DNA of 64,000 nucleotides from Oculina patagonica (Eukaryota): NCBI RefSeq assembly GCF_052425735.1, contig NC_135763.1, positions 29,326,001 to 29,390,000 of the forward strand, read 5' to 3'. Shown piece by piece: positions 37,981 to 55,207 of this stretch (position 1 is its first letter; each line of letters starts with the position of its first letter). The notes under the pieces were generated by a model. It saw only the letters and a program-made list of their open reading frames with translations, ran no database searches and was not told where the DNA came from. The position numbers and the translations under genes were made by a program.

Positions 37981-38565
37981 CCCTATTCAGACCGGGCTTT
38001 TTTTGGTCTTTTCAGACCGGGGGGGGGGGCGGATTCCGCCCCCCCCCCCTCCGTAACTTCCAGAATATTTAAGCAATCACAATGAAACTTACAGGATATA
38101 TAGTATGTCCCAAAATCTATCTTTTGGCATATGTCACGTGGGACGATGACGTCACATCACGTGACAATTACATCATAATGTCAAAACAGCCGCCATCTTG
38201 GATCCGCCATCTTGGTTTTCGAAATTTTGCCAAAACGTCAGAAAACCGCCCACAATTACTGGAAAATACTCAAAACCAATTAAAATGTGCTTAAAACCCG
38301 TAAACAGGTGAAATAACTGATTTAAAGTTGTTTTTCATTAATAGAAAAACGAAAATTACAAATTTGGGAAAACATGCCTGTCAAAATGCCGTTGCCATGG
38401 TGACGTAAAGTTCCTGACACAACAACCTACCCTACCAAATTATTCCCAGATAAATTTTAGATAAAGTCGCAAAGTTTGGCAGCGTTTGGTTGAATATTAA
38501 AAAAGTTATAAGCGTTCAAAGTCGGCGCGGGCACTTTCCCCCCACCCCCCCCGGTCTGGATAGGG
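37981..38565. mobile_element. piggyBac-type MITE (related partial copy at about 56240-56516)
   Basis: TTAA-CCCTATTCAGACCGGG ... CCCGGTCTGGATAGGG-TTAA. Confidence 0.85.
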
Positions 38566-40336
38566 TTAACATTTAATGTAATATTATATCAAGTCATTTT
38601 CGTGACTAACTGTCACACTTGCTCAGTTGTTTTGGCGGAGCAGGGATGGTCACCCCAATTAAATGCTAGTTTGCAGGCCCCATGGTTGTTATTTTATTTG
38701 TCTGCAATTTTAGTTTCTGCCTCCTGTTCGAGAACGCCAACTTCAAGTGGCCTCCGCCTCTCAGCATCAGCAAAGTATCTTCTAATTTTATTTTTCGTTT
38801 TTATTTTCGGGCCCCATCTTGGCTGAAAATAGCATCAAATAATTGCAATTTTTGTTAGGGGTTCTCGAAACAAACAAACGTCATTCTTTTCGCCATATTT
38901 ACACCAAAGTGATTTTCTGTCAGTGACCTTTTCTTTTTTAAGGAATTTCTTAGCCACGCTGCAGCAAACGAGCTGGTCGAGAGCAGTCCCCAACCCCATC
39001 CGAGGAGTTAAGATTGGAACGAAATAAAGAACAGTTATATTAATTGGTATCCTTTTCTTAGTTTAGTTCACTTTTTAAAATTCTTAAGCCAAGTCGGAAG
39101 TGTGTTCACAGTTTTTGACGTTTTGATTTACTGTTTAAATTATTTTTTTTTTTGAAATCTTCTTTGTAAAATTGGTAAACCATGCATTATCATTAAACGC
39201 TCTCTTAAGTAAATACTTTTTGGACAGCGCATACACTCACTCATCCTCTTTGCTCTGCTCCTTTATATTTACATGTAGTGGAGCATTAGGCTGTAAACAA
39301 CGCACACATGTACACGTTTAACGTGAATAAAGAATGCAACGACTCTTTAGTCACGCGCGTTTCTGTTCTTTTAAATACGAACCCACACAAAATGGTTATT
39401 TAAATTCTAGGTTTCACGGAAAACTTAACCAGCCGCTCATTTCAGGATAATTTTGATAATCCTAATTTCGTCGATTTCGTTAAGCAAGATGTGTTTACTC
39501 AGCTTATCTCAAACTTATTAGTCTCTTATTTTGAAAATTATATACACAAGGATAAACTGATAGTTAGTAACCATTGTGTTCTGCTCAAAACTGTTAAGTG
39601 TATTTTAGCACACACTAGGGAATTAATGAAAGGGTTGGAACGGTTTTGATCTTGTACCAAATTATCAACTGCATTTATACCTTGATTTTTTACGTATCCA
39701 TATGGAACCAGCGCTTCAAGCATTGTTCAAAATGTAACGCAAACAAAGAAATGTGTGATAATTTCGAAGGTAGATATTGTAACTTTTGACTGGGCTTTTA
39801 TCTTTACTTAAAATAATCAATATTAGCTCGCTGACTTTGAAAGGTGCATTACCAAAAAAACTGGAATGACAGTTCCTTCTATTCACCATAAAAAAGCCAA
39901 CATTATCAAAAATAAGTTAGATTATGAAACATGACATTTTCTTTCTTTTTCGTTGATAACATGTCAAAACAAAAGAAGCATTGAGGTATATATAGCTTTA
40001 GCTACTGAAAACATTTGTCTTTGACTAGGCATTTATCTTAACTTAAAATTGACAATATTTGCTCCATAAATTTGGAAAGGAGCATCGCCAAAGTAAATGG
40101 AGTGACCATTCATTACATTCACTATTAAAACAGAAATTATTTTAATTTTAATATTATAGAGCCCTCACATTTTTTTTTTCATTTTTGGTGATTATGAACT
40201 CAAGAGAGTTACCTACAGTATCGCTTTTGCCAACCGTTCGTTAGTAGTTTCAAGCCAGATACACTTCTTTCTACCCCTTATTTACAAGTAACGTACCCTC
40301 CTTTTTCTTTTATTTCCATCTGATTTTTTTTTATTT

Positions 40337-41885
40337 GTAAGTCATTTCTTTAATGTATCTTTCGTTCAAGTTTCTTACTAGCTGTAAGTAGTGTACTATG
40401 CACAATCTATCTAAAAGGGATGCAAACACTTAAATGAGAATATAATTTAGTTTGCCTTTCTAATGGGAATTCTGTAAATCAAAATCGTCAGATAATGGCA
40501 ACAATAATAATAATTATTTAAATGATGACTTTTTGAATTACTAAAATGACCTAAATAGGCTTCTTATAACATTCAAATATTACATAAATTTAAGCAAGCA
40601 AAAGTTAATTCTAGGCTTTTTAAAGATAATGGGTTTTCCCGATCCTGACATCTGAAAGACGCAAGTAATATCTTTAATGCATTTTCGTTTAAGTTCCTTA
40701 CTAATTGCAAGTAGTGTACCATGCATTAAAAACCTTCAAAGTAATGGACTAATAAATCACTTATTTTAAGCGTATTAAAAGTGATTTGGTACGCTTGTTG
40801 CATTTCCAACGATCTATCTGTAAAGGATACAAACTCACATTAAGTGACAATATAATTTTGTTTACCTTTCTAATGGAATACTGAAAATCAATTTCGTCAG
40901 ATAATGGCAAAAACTAAAATGGTTACTTAAAATTATTTGAATTACTAAGATGGTCTAAATAGAGTACTTATAACATTTCAAATATTACATAAAAGTTAAA
41001 CAAGCAAAGGTTAATTCTAGTTTTTTTTTTTATTTATAATGGGTTTGCCTGATCCTGACATCTGAAAGACATAAGTCATTTCTTCAATACCTCTTTCGTT
41101 TAAGTTCCATACTACTTGTAAGTATGTATAGTATACTATGTACAATCTAATAAACTTTGAAATATAATAATAAATCACCTATTTAAAGCGTATAAAAAGT
41201 GATTTGGTACGCTTTTTTGCATTTGCAACGATCTATCTGTTAGGAATACAAACACTTTAATGAGAATAAAATTCAATTTACTTTTCTAATGGAAAAACTG
41301 TAAATCAAATTCGTCAGCTGATAGCACAAATTTAAAGGTGACTTGAATTAATATGAACCATTAAGATGACCTTTATGGGGTACTTATAACATTTCAAATA
41401 TTTCACAAAACTTAAGCAAGCAAAAGTTAATTCTAAGCTTTTTTAAAATATAATGGGTTTGCCCGATCCTGACAATTAAAAGACAAAAGTCATTTTAATG
41501 CATCTTTCGTTTTAGTTCCTAACTAGTTGTTAGAAGTGTACTTTGTACACTTTAATTAACTTTAAAGTAATAAAATAATAAACCACCTATTTTACGCGTA
41601 TAAAAAATTATTTGGTGCACTTTTTTGCATTTGCAACGATATCTGTAAGGGATACAACACTTGAATGAGAATGTTGTTTAGTTTACCTTTCTTGTGAAAA
41701 TACTGTAAATCAAATTCGTCAGATAATGGCAAAAATTTAAATGGTGACTTGAATTTATTTGAACTGCTGTTATGTCCAAAATAGGGCACTTATATACTTC
41801 AAATATTACATAAAACTTAAGCATGTGAAAAGCTTATTCTAGGCTTTTAAAACATAATGGGTTTGCCTGATCCTGACATCTGAAA
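40337..41885 (+). repeat. Four tandem ~410-bp units directly upstream of the 42007 protease gene
   Basis: Anchor GATCCTGACA at 40641, 41051, 41465 and 41869. The unit does not include exon 1 but shares the TAATGGGTTTGCC..GATCCTGACATCTG segment with the other arrays. Confidence 0.88.
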
Positions 41886-42006
41886 ATCCTGCCTATTGCG
41901 TGTGCTAACAATTGCCATTTACGCACCTTACAGGTGTTAAATGTGGATATGAATAAATCTAACACAGGGAAAGCCCTTTACAACTAGAGCTACTGTTACT
42001 CTAAAG

Positions 42007-46081
<4,075 letters not shown>

Positions 46082-46229
46082 AGACGCTGTCTTCCCAGTG
46101 CTTTAACAAAGAAAGAAACATGCTGCATTCATTTGATTCACTGTAGCATTGTGAGAAGAATAAATACGAAAAAACACTTATTACGCTGTTTATTTGATAT
46201 TGATATGTTTTCCTTAAGAAAAATTGGTA

Positions 46230-47734
46230 CAGTCGGTTTCCCGTTAACTCGAGCACTCGCTAACTCGAAGCTCGCGCTAACTCGAACAAAAATCGATTTG
46301 TAAGTTTACCCTAAATAACTCGAACCAATTTTCGCTTCCGTTCAAGGCATTTTTTACATGTATTTTACCCTTGATAACTCGAGCCATGTCCATGATGGCC
46401 GCCAATACGTGACAAGTAAAAGCAAACAGTGCACTATAGTAAAAAACACTGAATTTATTTTGAAATAAACACGTACACGAGTCAGAGCCGCCCCGAAATG
46501 CCCCTCAAAACACGCCATTGAAGTGCTACTGACGTCTAGTTTTATTTAATTTGTTGGTGGAGGATACCGATTCTTCACAGTCAACCTTAAGGGAGAACAA
46601 GAATGGAGGGTGAACAAAAAAATTCCGGGGAAACCGCGAAAAAAACGCAGGGGGCCGAAAATCGTGGACCATAGTGTGAATGGACAAACGTCCACAGAAG
46701 GCAGCGGGCGCGGGGAGGCCCGGGCCCCCGGACGAGAGCGACAGCCAACCACACAGCACCCGACCCACCACTGGAAGAGCGGGACCAGAACTGTGAGAGC
46801 GAAGGGCTGTGAGGGACAGGGAAGGAGGGAGGGGGAAAAGGACACACACCCCAGCACCCCACCCCAAAAAATGAACGCCCATGGCAGAGAGCGAACTGAA
46901 ACAAATGCATGAGGCGCAATCAGGCGAAAAAAAGACATATCTTGGGCGAAAAAAAGAAAGAAAAACTGTCCAGGATAATCGATAGTAATTATAATAGATT
47001 AGTTGAGAAGCGTTTGGCCGTTTGAAAGTAAATCGCATGAACGCTGTAGCAGCAGCCTGAAGTTTTTCTCTTTGAAACCTGCAAAGTCCGCGGAACCCAG
47101 ACTTCTCCGGCTGCTTTGCTTTGTTTTTGTTTTTTTCACATTACGTTACGTTCTGATTCATGCAGTAATTTAGAAAACGAAGATTATGTCGCAACTTAAT
47201 CCAATTTATGCGACGCTATCAATTATCTTTGAGAACAGTTGAAGCTTGAATCGAATTGCTAGTCTTGTGATCGGACTGATTTAGGCCTCTTTTGCTAGTG
47301 ACTGAATTTCCGAGCTGCGGTCACAAAAATTTTCCCTTTGCCCCCCCTCACGACCGGCCTGGCTAACATCGACTCGACTATAATTGTTCGTTTTTAGTAA
47401 TTATTTATTGTAATACTGTGGTGTGGCCCCTCAGGGCCCGCCTGGGAGGTTATGTTGACAAGCAAATCAAAAGAGCAAATTGGGATTTTTGTTGACCAAT
47501 AAACAGCCACGCACCGTGGCCATTCTACTTCCAGCGAAGTGTTTTATTCATTCCGTTCTATCGGATAATTTCGCTACGCCATTGGCAAGATCTGTATGAA
47601 CAGAAAAACAGTAAAAACCGTTTTTTTTTTTCTTATTTCCAGTCATTTATTCTAAACTTCCGATAACTGGAACTCCCAATAACTCGAACCTTTCTCAATT
47701 TCCCTTGAAGGTTCGAGTTATCGGGAGTCCATTG
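46230..47734. mobile_element. pogo/Tigger-type non-autonomous element with an unrelated sequence nested inside
   Basis: TA-CAGTCGGTTTCCCGTTAACTCGAG ... TTCGAGTTATCGGGAGTCCATTG-TA, with reiterated TAACTCGA subterminal motifs at both ends. Confidence 0.65.
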
Positions 47735-48875
47735 TAGAGCGATTTGGTTAGTTTTTCAATCACTTTCTTTTTTGTAGTCAAAGTACATATCGAATACAAT
47801 AGATAGACAACGGGCAATTCAAAAAATAGAAAACTAGATTAAGCATAGCTGCCCTTGATATACGCCCCTTAAAGCTGATTAAAAACGACATGAAAAATTG
47901 CTGAATAAAACCTTTTTCAACATCCTTGAAAATATTTAAACAGATGCAAAACTTTAATTACTAGTTCAAAGGAAATTGGTCAAGAAAACGTTATAATATT
48001 TTCCAATTTAGTAGGAATAAAGTTATCGTGCATTGTCCTTGCCATTTTATCAGTTTATTGACTTCTGAAAACTACTCCACTGTCACTTAAATTCCCATGC
48101 AGTCCAGTATATATGATGCATATGTACCTTAAATTACTAAGTTGACCCGTCAGTCTTTCTGTCTAGGAAAATAATAATAATAGCAAATTCTATTGTAATT
48201 TTTAACATTCTGTTTACGTTTTATTAACATTCTGTTTCAGTTTTTTAACGGTTGGTGTGATATCTTTAGATGTTTACAGACCTAATAAAATGTAGATGTA
48301 ACAACAATAATAAAGAAATAATCAACTTTATGTAAAGAGGGTAAACACGTGACAGTAAAAAAAAAAATGAAAAACCAGTGGCCCTCTAATAAATCTAAGG
48401 AACTAAAATTACAAAATATAGTCAAAAATACGCTATAATATAAAAACTAGGTATAAATTACTTTAAAATGACGACATTTATATAAAAGATGTAGATGTAG
48501 ATAGTAAAAAAACAAAAACAAACGAAAACTCTTCATCAATGCAAGAAGAAAGTTTATTTGTTCACCAGGCACTGATATCACCAATATTTGAGCCATAGGA
48601 TATATTACGAAAGTTCTAATTCGTATTGCTATTGTTAATATTCAGTGAAACCGCCTTGTAACTGGTGAATGTAATAAAAAAGCAAATCGTTGTGTAAAAG
48701 TGTTGTAGAATCAAATCAGCTGCTGAAGGTAAAAAGGATTACTGGGTTAACAAAAGAACTGAAAAAGAGACCGCAAGTTCACCATATGTCAGCTGAATAA
48801 TACCTAGTTTCTTATAAATATAATGGTCTGTTAAATGTAGTATACACTTCCTTCGTTGGATAGGATATCATAATC

Positions 48876-50630
48876 AGGTTCTCTGAATACAGCTCTCTGT
48901 ATTCCCGCCCTTACAGAAGGTATGAAGGTTTTGATAGACTGTATGTTTTCTTTCATATCTGAAGGTCTTACCATTTCTCACGAGTCACTTTTCTTAAAAG
49001 AAATATTATTTCCGTTATTAAGGAGGTCTACGACTCAGAAAGCTTATTTACAGATAGCCTTCAAAAATCACCTGTGTTAAACTTGCTCAAAGGCGTAAAA
49101 GTTCGGCTTTTTTAAGTAAAGTAGCTTATAAAGAGCTGTTATGCTGTGACGACTGTTTACCATTGTCACACTACCTTCCTTTAAATCAATCGTTCAACGG
49201 AATAAAATTAAGAATTTGTTTTTTTTTACGGACTAAAATACTTCATAACATCATAATCTATATATTTTTTTGGCGATTTTAAATTTAATTATTGTTTATT
49301 TATCGTATTTTTTGTATTTGAGGGGATTCAACTACATGATTTAGAAAGCTTTCATTTTGTATTTAAAAAGTTTCATTATTATCTGATATCTACAGAATGC
49401 GTTGACGTTGATCCACTCTGCCCATATTATTAGTTCCTAGCAGAGTGCCCGAAGACGTGTGGACAATGTAAGTTATTTAAAATATATTTCTCCATAAAGT
49501 TGCTGAAGGAATTCGTGAAGAGTTTTCAAAACAATGTGAGCCTGGTAATTTGTAATATTTTCAATCAATCTGCAAGTCAGCCCAGCCTATTACTTCCTAA
49601 CAGTTACATTACATACAGTTTCATTTTGATTAATTTCAGTATTTCATTTGATTTAAGGTCGCGAGGGATACCTACATGAACAACATGAATAAATTCATGA
49701 TGCGAAATTTTTTGTTATGGCCTCGTGTGTGCCAAATTGGGAGGAGCATGATTTTGTGGCAGAGTTTTGCCTAACGAGTGGAAGCAGCACACTATGAACA
49801 TGTCAAAAACTAATCAGTCAATCGTGAGTGTCATCAAAGAAGCAGACTTTTTAATTCATAGTTTGCCCGCAAGTTATGACGGTTTCAATGCGCAAATTTG
49901 AATTTAATGACTTTCACCTCTTTCCATTTCCGCTTCTGTTATAACACACTGCAGTATTCATTCATGTGGATAGTTATGAAGAGCTGCAAAATCCTAGAAG
50001 GGAATAAAGTTGCGGCAATTCATATACTTCTTCGAAAGGTCAGCTGTTTCGATCATTCTTTCGCAGACGATTTTTGAATGCGTAGAAAGCTTTGTTAACG
50101 TCTAACTCGCGTGTCAAGAGTGAAAATGTTTGTTTGGTCTTCACATGGTTTTTGTCAGCTGCGACATTAATACGATTTGACATAGTTTTACTTGTTATTT
50201 TTGCATTGTCTATTCCAGTAACGTGACTAACGATTGCAGCGTCTACGACAACTGTCAGTGTCTCCATCGAGTTATAGAAACACAATTTTTAACTAATCAG
50301 CGCACGTATTTACTTTGTGCCATTTTCTAAAAATGCATAATGATGAGCCTAAGGTGTCCACCTCGACCTTTAGACATTCAAAATGGGCTGCATGACTTTT
50401 GTGTTAGATTATTTTACTACAAAGTAAAGTATCAAGAATCATTCTATTAAATTTTTCTTTTGAGTAAATTCATACTTAATGTCATATGTTTCATGTTTTA
50501 TATTAATGGTTTAGGTGGCGATGGTTCTGGTTATAAGGACGATAACGAATACTGTCCAATGCATGTAGAATACTGCTCATGGTATCCAATTGTGCAGCAG
50601 CAGTGCAAGAAGACATGTGGACTATGCTAG
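48876..50630 (+). pseudogene. Pseudogene of the secreted double-ShKT peptide
   Basis: Exon remnants: 48876-48919 (ATG to AGG, 11 nt shorter); 49396-49467 (21 nt shorter, in-frame TAG at 49431); 50515-50630 (first Cys to Tyr: YKDDNEYCPMHVEYCSWYPIVQQQCKKTCGLC*). Splice sites and TATA box (48813) are retained. Confidence 0.88.
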
Positions 50631-52231
50631 GTTCGTTCTTTACTGACAGTGGATATGAAATAATATTAAAAACTAGCAATGGTATATTGCAATTCCTGAG
50701 TTTTGATTTGTTGACAGACAACGGTATATGAGCTCATATACCATTTACCACAGAAATGGTAACCGATATACGTCAACGAAAACAGTTGTGGAGCGCAAAT
50801 ATGGCAAGTCTTTGGGTGTTTTTAATAAAACAATTATTCCAATCGCACTTGTTGGATATGAGATGGTTATAGCCAAAAAGCAAGTAAAACTAGCAATTTG
50901 CAATTCCTGAGTTTTTATATGGTATTTTATATATGGTTTCTATATGGTATTTTATATATGGTTTTTTATATGGTAGCTCAGGTATTTCAATTCTTTGGGC
51001 TTTTTTAATTAATAAAACAACTATTCCACTCGCGCTTGTTGGATATAAGATTGTTATAGCCAACACGAGGCGCGAACTACTTAAATATATAAATGTACCG
51101 GAATAAAAATAAAAAAAAGAGTTTCTAAGCTATAAATTTAACTTGAAGACAACGTGTAAGTGTAATTTTTTTTAGTCGGTAGAAGAAAATTAAAATCGAG
51201 AAGATGTCTAATAATGTTCTCATGTTTAACAAGTCAAACCTTCGATTTTGTAAGTCACTCGTATGATAACAGAACAAATTGGACTTTATTCAGGCCCTGT
51301 CCACATAAACCCGGCTTAATTTGAAAACGCCTTATAAAATGTTTTCCGCCTTCATTAACCCCGATAAATTTGAAAACGATGAAGTTCATTGCAGGTAGCG
51401 TTGCAACGCATGCACAGAGCTATTGTTAAGCTATTTAAACCTTTTGTTTTGACAGAGATGACATGACTCTTTGACGCCAGCGTTTTTAAAAGCTCCGATC
51501 TCGCTATCCAGACTATCCACACTAGTTTGTTTTCAAATCTCTCCTCTTTGGAGAGTGTTAGTGTGGACAGGACCTGAGTTCTATTTAAATAACTCTTCTG
51601 TTTTTCAATCAAGCAGGCGACATATGAATGGCAAAGTTTCTACATCATAATGCGTGAATTGAACCGCTGTTGTTGTAGCCTTATGAAAAAGCAGTTCTTT
51701 TGATTTTAGATTTGTAAGAAAATTTAAATTTATTAAAATTTCCAAACAATGTGCAAAATTTATGTCTGATAAAGTTAGTATAATTCTTTGACTTTCATAA
51801 AAACGTTTGTTGTATAATTCAATATCATATTGCTGAATATATTTAATATGTTATCATTATCTTTTTTGCAGGTGGATGAACATGCAAGATGCAGATCACT
51901 GTATTTATTTGGGATTCCTCTTGTTTTACTTTTGTGAATAAATTGGGATTCAAACTCTTGATAGTAATTCTGTTGCTTGATCTTGTAAAAATAACCCTAG
52001 CTCTTTGAGCAGTGTTCAAAATGCATGTTAATCATACTTAATAAAAAAATATATATTTAGAAGGTGTTATTGCTACTTTTGACTGGGCTTAATCTTTACT
52101 TGAAATTGTCAATGTTAGCTGGTTGACTTAGAAAGGTGTTTTACAGAAGTAACTGGAATGGCAGTTCATTCTATTCATCATAAAAAAGCCGTCGTTAGAA
52201 AAAACAATCCTCCTTTTTCGGGATTACAATG

Positions 52232-52475
52232 TATTACGACATTTACTGACCAACGTTAAAGACAGGGGCGCGAACCAAACGACAGACAGGGAGCGATTTA
52301 CAAGATCAAGTGCTCCGAGTGCCAAGCATCCTACATCGGAGAGACCGGTAGAAACCTCAACACGAGACTGACTGAACGCAAACGAGCGACGAGAAATGGT
52401 GATGTCAACAATAACATTTTTTGAGCACCATAGACTTACTAACCACAAAATCGACTGGGACTCTGCTGAATGCTC
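52232..52475 (+). mobile_element. Penelope-like element GIY-YIG endonuclease fragment
   Basis: Frameshifted LRHLLTNVKD..DRQGAIYKIKCSECQASYIGETGRNLNTRLTE.KRATRNGDVNNNI..EHHRLTNHKIDWDSAEC. Confidence 0.85.
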
Positions 52476-52548
52476 GGTCTTTAGAATTTTGACCATTATA
52501 TTCTAATTGATTTATGACGGGTTATTCGACTTGTGCGAAGTCAGCTCA

Positions 52549-52825
52549 TTAGAGCAGTTTTCAATCGAGTGTCGTAAAACCAAAACCAATGTAATTACTT
52601 CGGCCAATCACAAAAGTCACGGACAATCCAGTGAACCAATCACAAAGCAATTACATGTAACCGAAGCGCGGGAAAACGTGCGCGAGCGAGTCACGTTTGG
52701 TTTTGGTTTTAGTTCTGATTGGCTGAGAAAGTGGCGCGAGATTTTAAAGCCAATCAATGAGCGTAGTAATTCAAAACCAAAGCAAACGCAATTTACTTTC
52801 GACACTCCAGTGAAAACCGCTCTAA
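52549..52825. mobile_element. MITE
   Basis: TIRs TTAGAGCAGTTTTCAATCGAGTGTCG ... CGACACTCCAGTGAAAACCGCTCTAA. Confidence 0.75.
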
Positions 52826-53934
52826 TACTTGTCTACGTTTTGCGTTGATCTCCAGAGCAATTATTGAAGGCATTTTTATAGTATGTCTGTTTAGCGCTGC
52901 TAACTTCCCGATTTACTTGATTTCTTATTGTTCGTAATTGGTTCCGAATGGATGGATCATTCGTTTTAATAGATTTTCTTTTAAGTCGCTATCTCTGTAA
53001 TACCTCCGCTTTTTCAAAATAGAAGTTATCCGTGGTGATTTGGAATTACGCGTCTGTTTGCTCTTCAATGGCGCATGAATTGCTTAATGTCACCCCAAGG
53101 TTGAGCTTAAATGTCAGCTCGAAAGTTAGCGCTGCTGAAATGTTTGAAATGTATGTAACTTATCAAGATAATTCCCTATAAGAAGAGGTAGAGATGGAAA
53201 TTTTACGATAAACTTAAACAAAACTATGGTCACTAATGGCGATGTGAGAGATCTCTGTTTGTGGTTCTGGTTTTAAATATGGAAACATTGTGGTTTGATT
53301 TCCATATTTTTTCACGGTACCAGATAACGGGCAATAAGTTCCTTTGGAATTTACTTATTTACGCTGATAAAAAAAAAAACGACTTGAAATTTTCGGAAGA
53401 AAACGTTTTCAACATTCTTCAGAATGTTTGAACAGATGCAAAACTTTAATTTCTAGTTTAACGTAATTTGGTCAAGGAAACGATACAATATTTCCGAATT
53501 TAATAGGAATAAATTTATTGTGCATTGTCCTTGTCATTTTATTGACTTATGAATTAAAAGAGAACGGTTTGTCCACTTTTATTATTGTTATTATTATTAT
53601 TTCCACTGCCACTTACATTTCCGTGCAGTCCAGTATATATGATGCATAGCCCCTTAAATAGTTAAGTTGATCCTTAGCAAATAACGTCAGCCTTTTCGTG
53701 TAGGAAAATAAAAATAAGAATAAATTATAGTTAAAAAACAAAAACAAAAGAAAACTCTCATAAATCAAAGAAGATAGTTTATTTGTCCACCTGTACATAT
53801 CATCAAAGTTTGAGTCATAGGATATATTACAAAATATCTATTTCATATTTCTATTGTTAATAGTCAGTGAGACCGCCTTGTTACCTGGTGAATGTGAAAA
53901 ATAGCAAGTCGTTGTGTAAACGTATTGTAGAATG

Positions 53935-54015
53935 AAATCAGGTGAGAAAGAAAAGAGAAAAGGGGCCGCAAGTTCACCATCTGTCAGCTGAATAAAACCT
54001 GGTTTCTTATAAATA
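53935..54015 (+). promoter_or_regulatory. Putative promoter of the double-ShKT gene: E-boxes and TATA box
   Basis: CAGGTG, CATCTG and CAGCTG, then TATAAATA at 54008-54015, 60 nt before the ATG; the arrangement is conserved at 48717-48820 in the paralog. Confidence 0.5.
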
Positions 54016-54074
54016 TAACGGTTTGCTAAATTTAAATAGTATACACTTCCTTCGTTGGATAGGATATCATAACC

Positions 54075-55207
54075 ATGTTGTCTGTGCTTATTGTTGTTGC
54101 AGTTCTCTGTATTCCCGCCCTTACAGAAGGTATGAGTGCTTTGATAGTGTGTTTTGTTTCATGACTGAGGTTCTTGCCATTTCTCACGAGTCACTATCGC
54201 TAGAGTATATTCTCTCAACATAAATATTACTTTCGTTATTAGGAGGTCTGCGATTCGAAAGCCTTCAAAGATCGCCTGTGTTAAACTTGCTCAGGAAAAC
54301 GCGTAAACAGTTCAGCTATTTTTTTTAGTAAAGGAGTATTATAAAGAGCCGTTACGCTGTGACGAGTCGATTTTTTACGATTTTTACACTGCCTCCCAAA
54401 AATGCATTAAAGAATATTAAGTTAATCGTCAGTGGAATAAAAAGAAGAATTTGTGTTTTTTTACGGACTAAACGTTAACACTTCATAACATCACACTCTG
54501 TATATATTTTTGGCGATTTTAGATTTTAATATTGTTTATTTATCTGGTTTTATTGGATGTATCACTGAGATTAACAATATTTTTGCGTTTTAAGGGGATT
54601 CACCTACCAAATTTAGTCGCTAAGAAAGCTTTCATTTTGGACTAATAAAGTTCTTTTTTATCTGATATTTACAGAATGCGTTGACGAGTCTCCGCAATGT
54701 CAATATTTCACAGAATATTGTAGCCACTCGGAGATCCAAGCACAGTGCCAGAAGACGTGCGGAGTATGTAAGTAATTGAAAATAAATTTCGCCTTTAAGT
54801 TGCTGTAGGAATTCCTGAAGAGTTTTCAAACTATGCGAGCCTTGTTATATTTAAAATATTCTCAATAAATTCGTACGTTAGCCCGGTCCATTAATCTCTA
54901 ACAGTTATATGACGTGCAAATTCATTAATTATTTTTTTTATTAATTTACTTCATTTCTTTTAAGACAACATTACAAAAAAGGCTGCACGACTTTTAACTT
55001 ATATCCAGCAAAGTTCCAAGAATTTAATATTTAATTTGTCTTGTGAGTAAATACTTAAATGTCATCTGTTTCATTTTTTTAATTGCTTTAGGTGGTGGTG
55101 GTTCAGTTTGTAAGGACGATAACAAATACTGTCCGTTACATGTAAGATACTGCTCATGGCACCCAATTGTGAAGAAGCAGTGCAAGAAGACATGTGAACT
55201 TTGCTAG
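54075..55207 (+). CDS. Secreted 87-aa peptide with two tandem ShKT (ShK toxin-like) domains
   Basis: Exons 54075-54129, 54675-54767 and 55092-55207 give MLSVLIVVAVLCIPALTEE-CVDESPQCQYFTEYCSHSEIQAQCQKTCGVC-GGGSV-CKDDNKYCPLHVRYCSWHPIVKKQCKKTCELC*, with two 6-Cys C..CxKTCxxC motifs. A probable non-coding last exon starts at 55951, with AATAAA at 56016. Confidence 0.9.

Noticed and set aside
46526-47038. Overlapping 100-170 aa ORFs
   Set aside because: Compositionally skewed patch inside a non-autonomous element; no protein motif.
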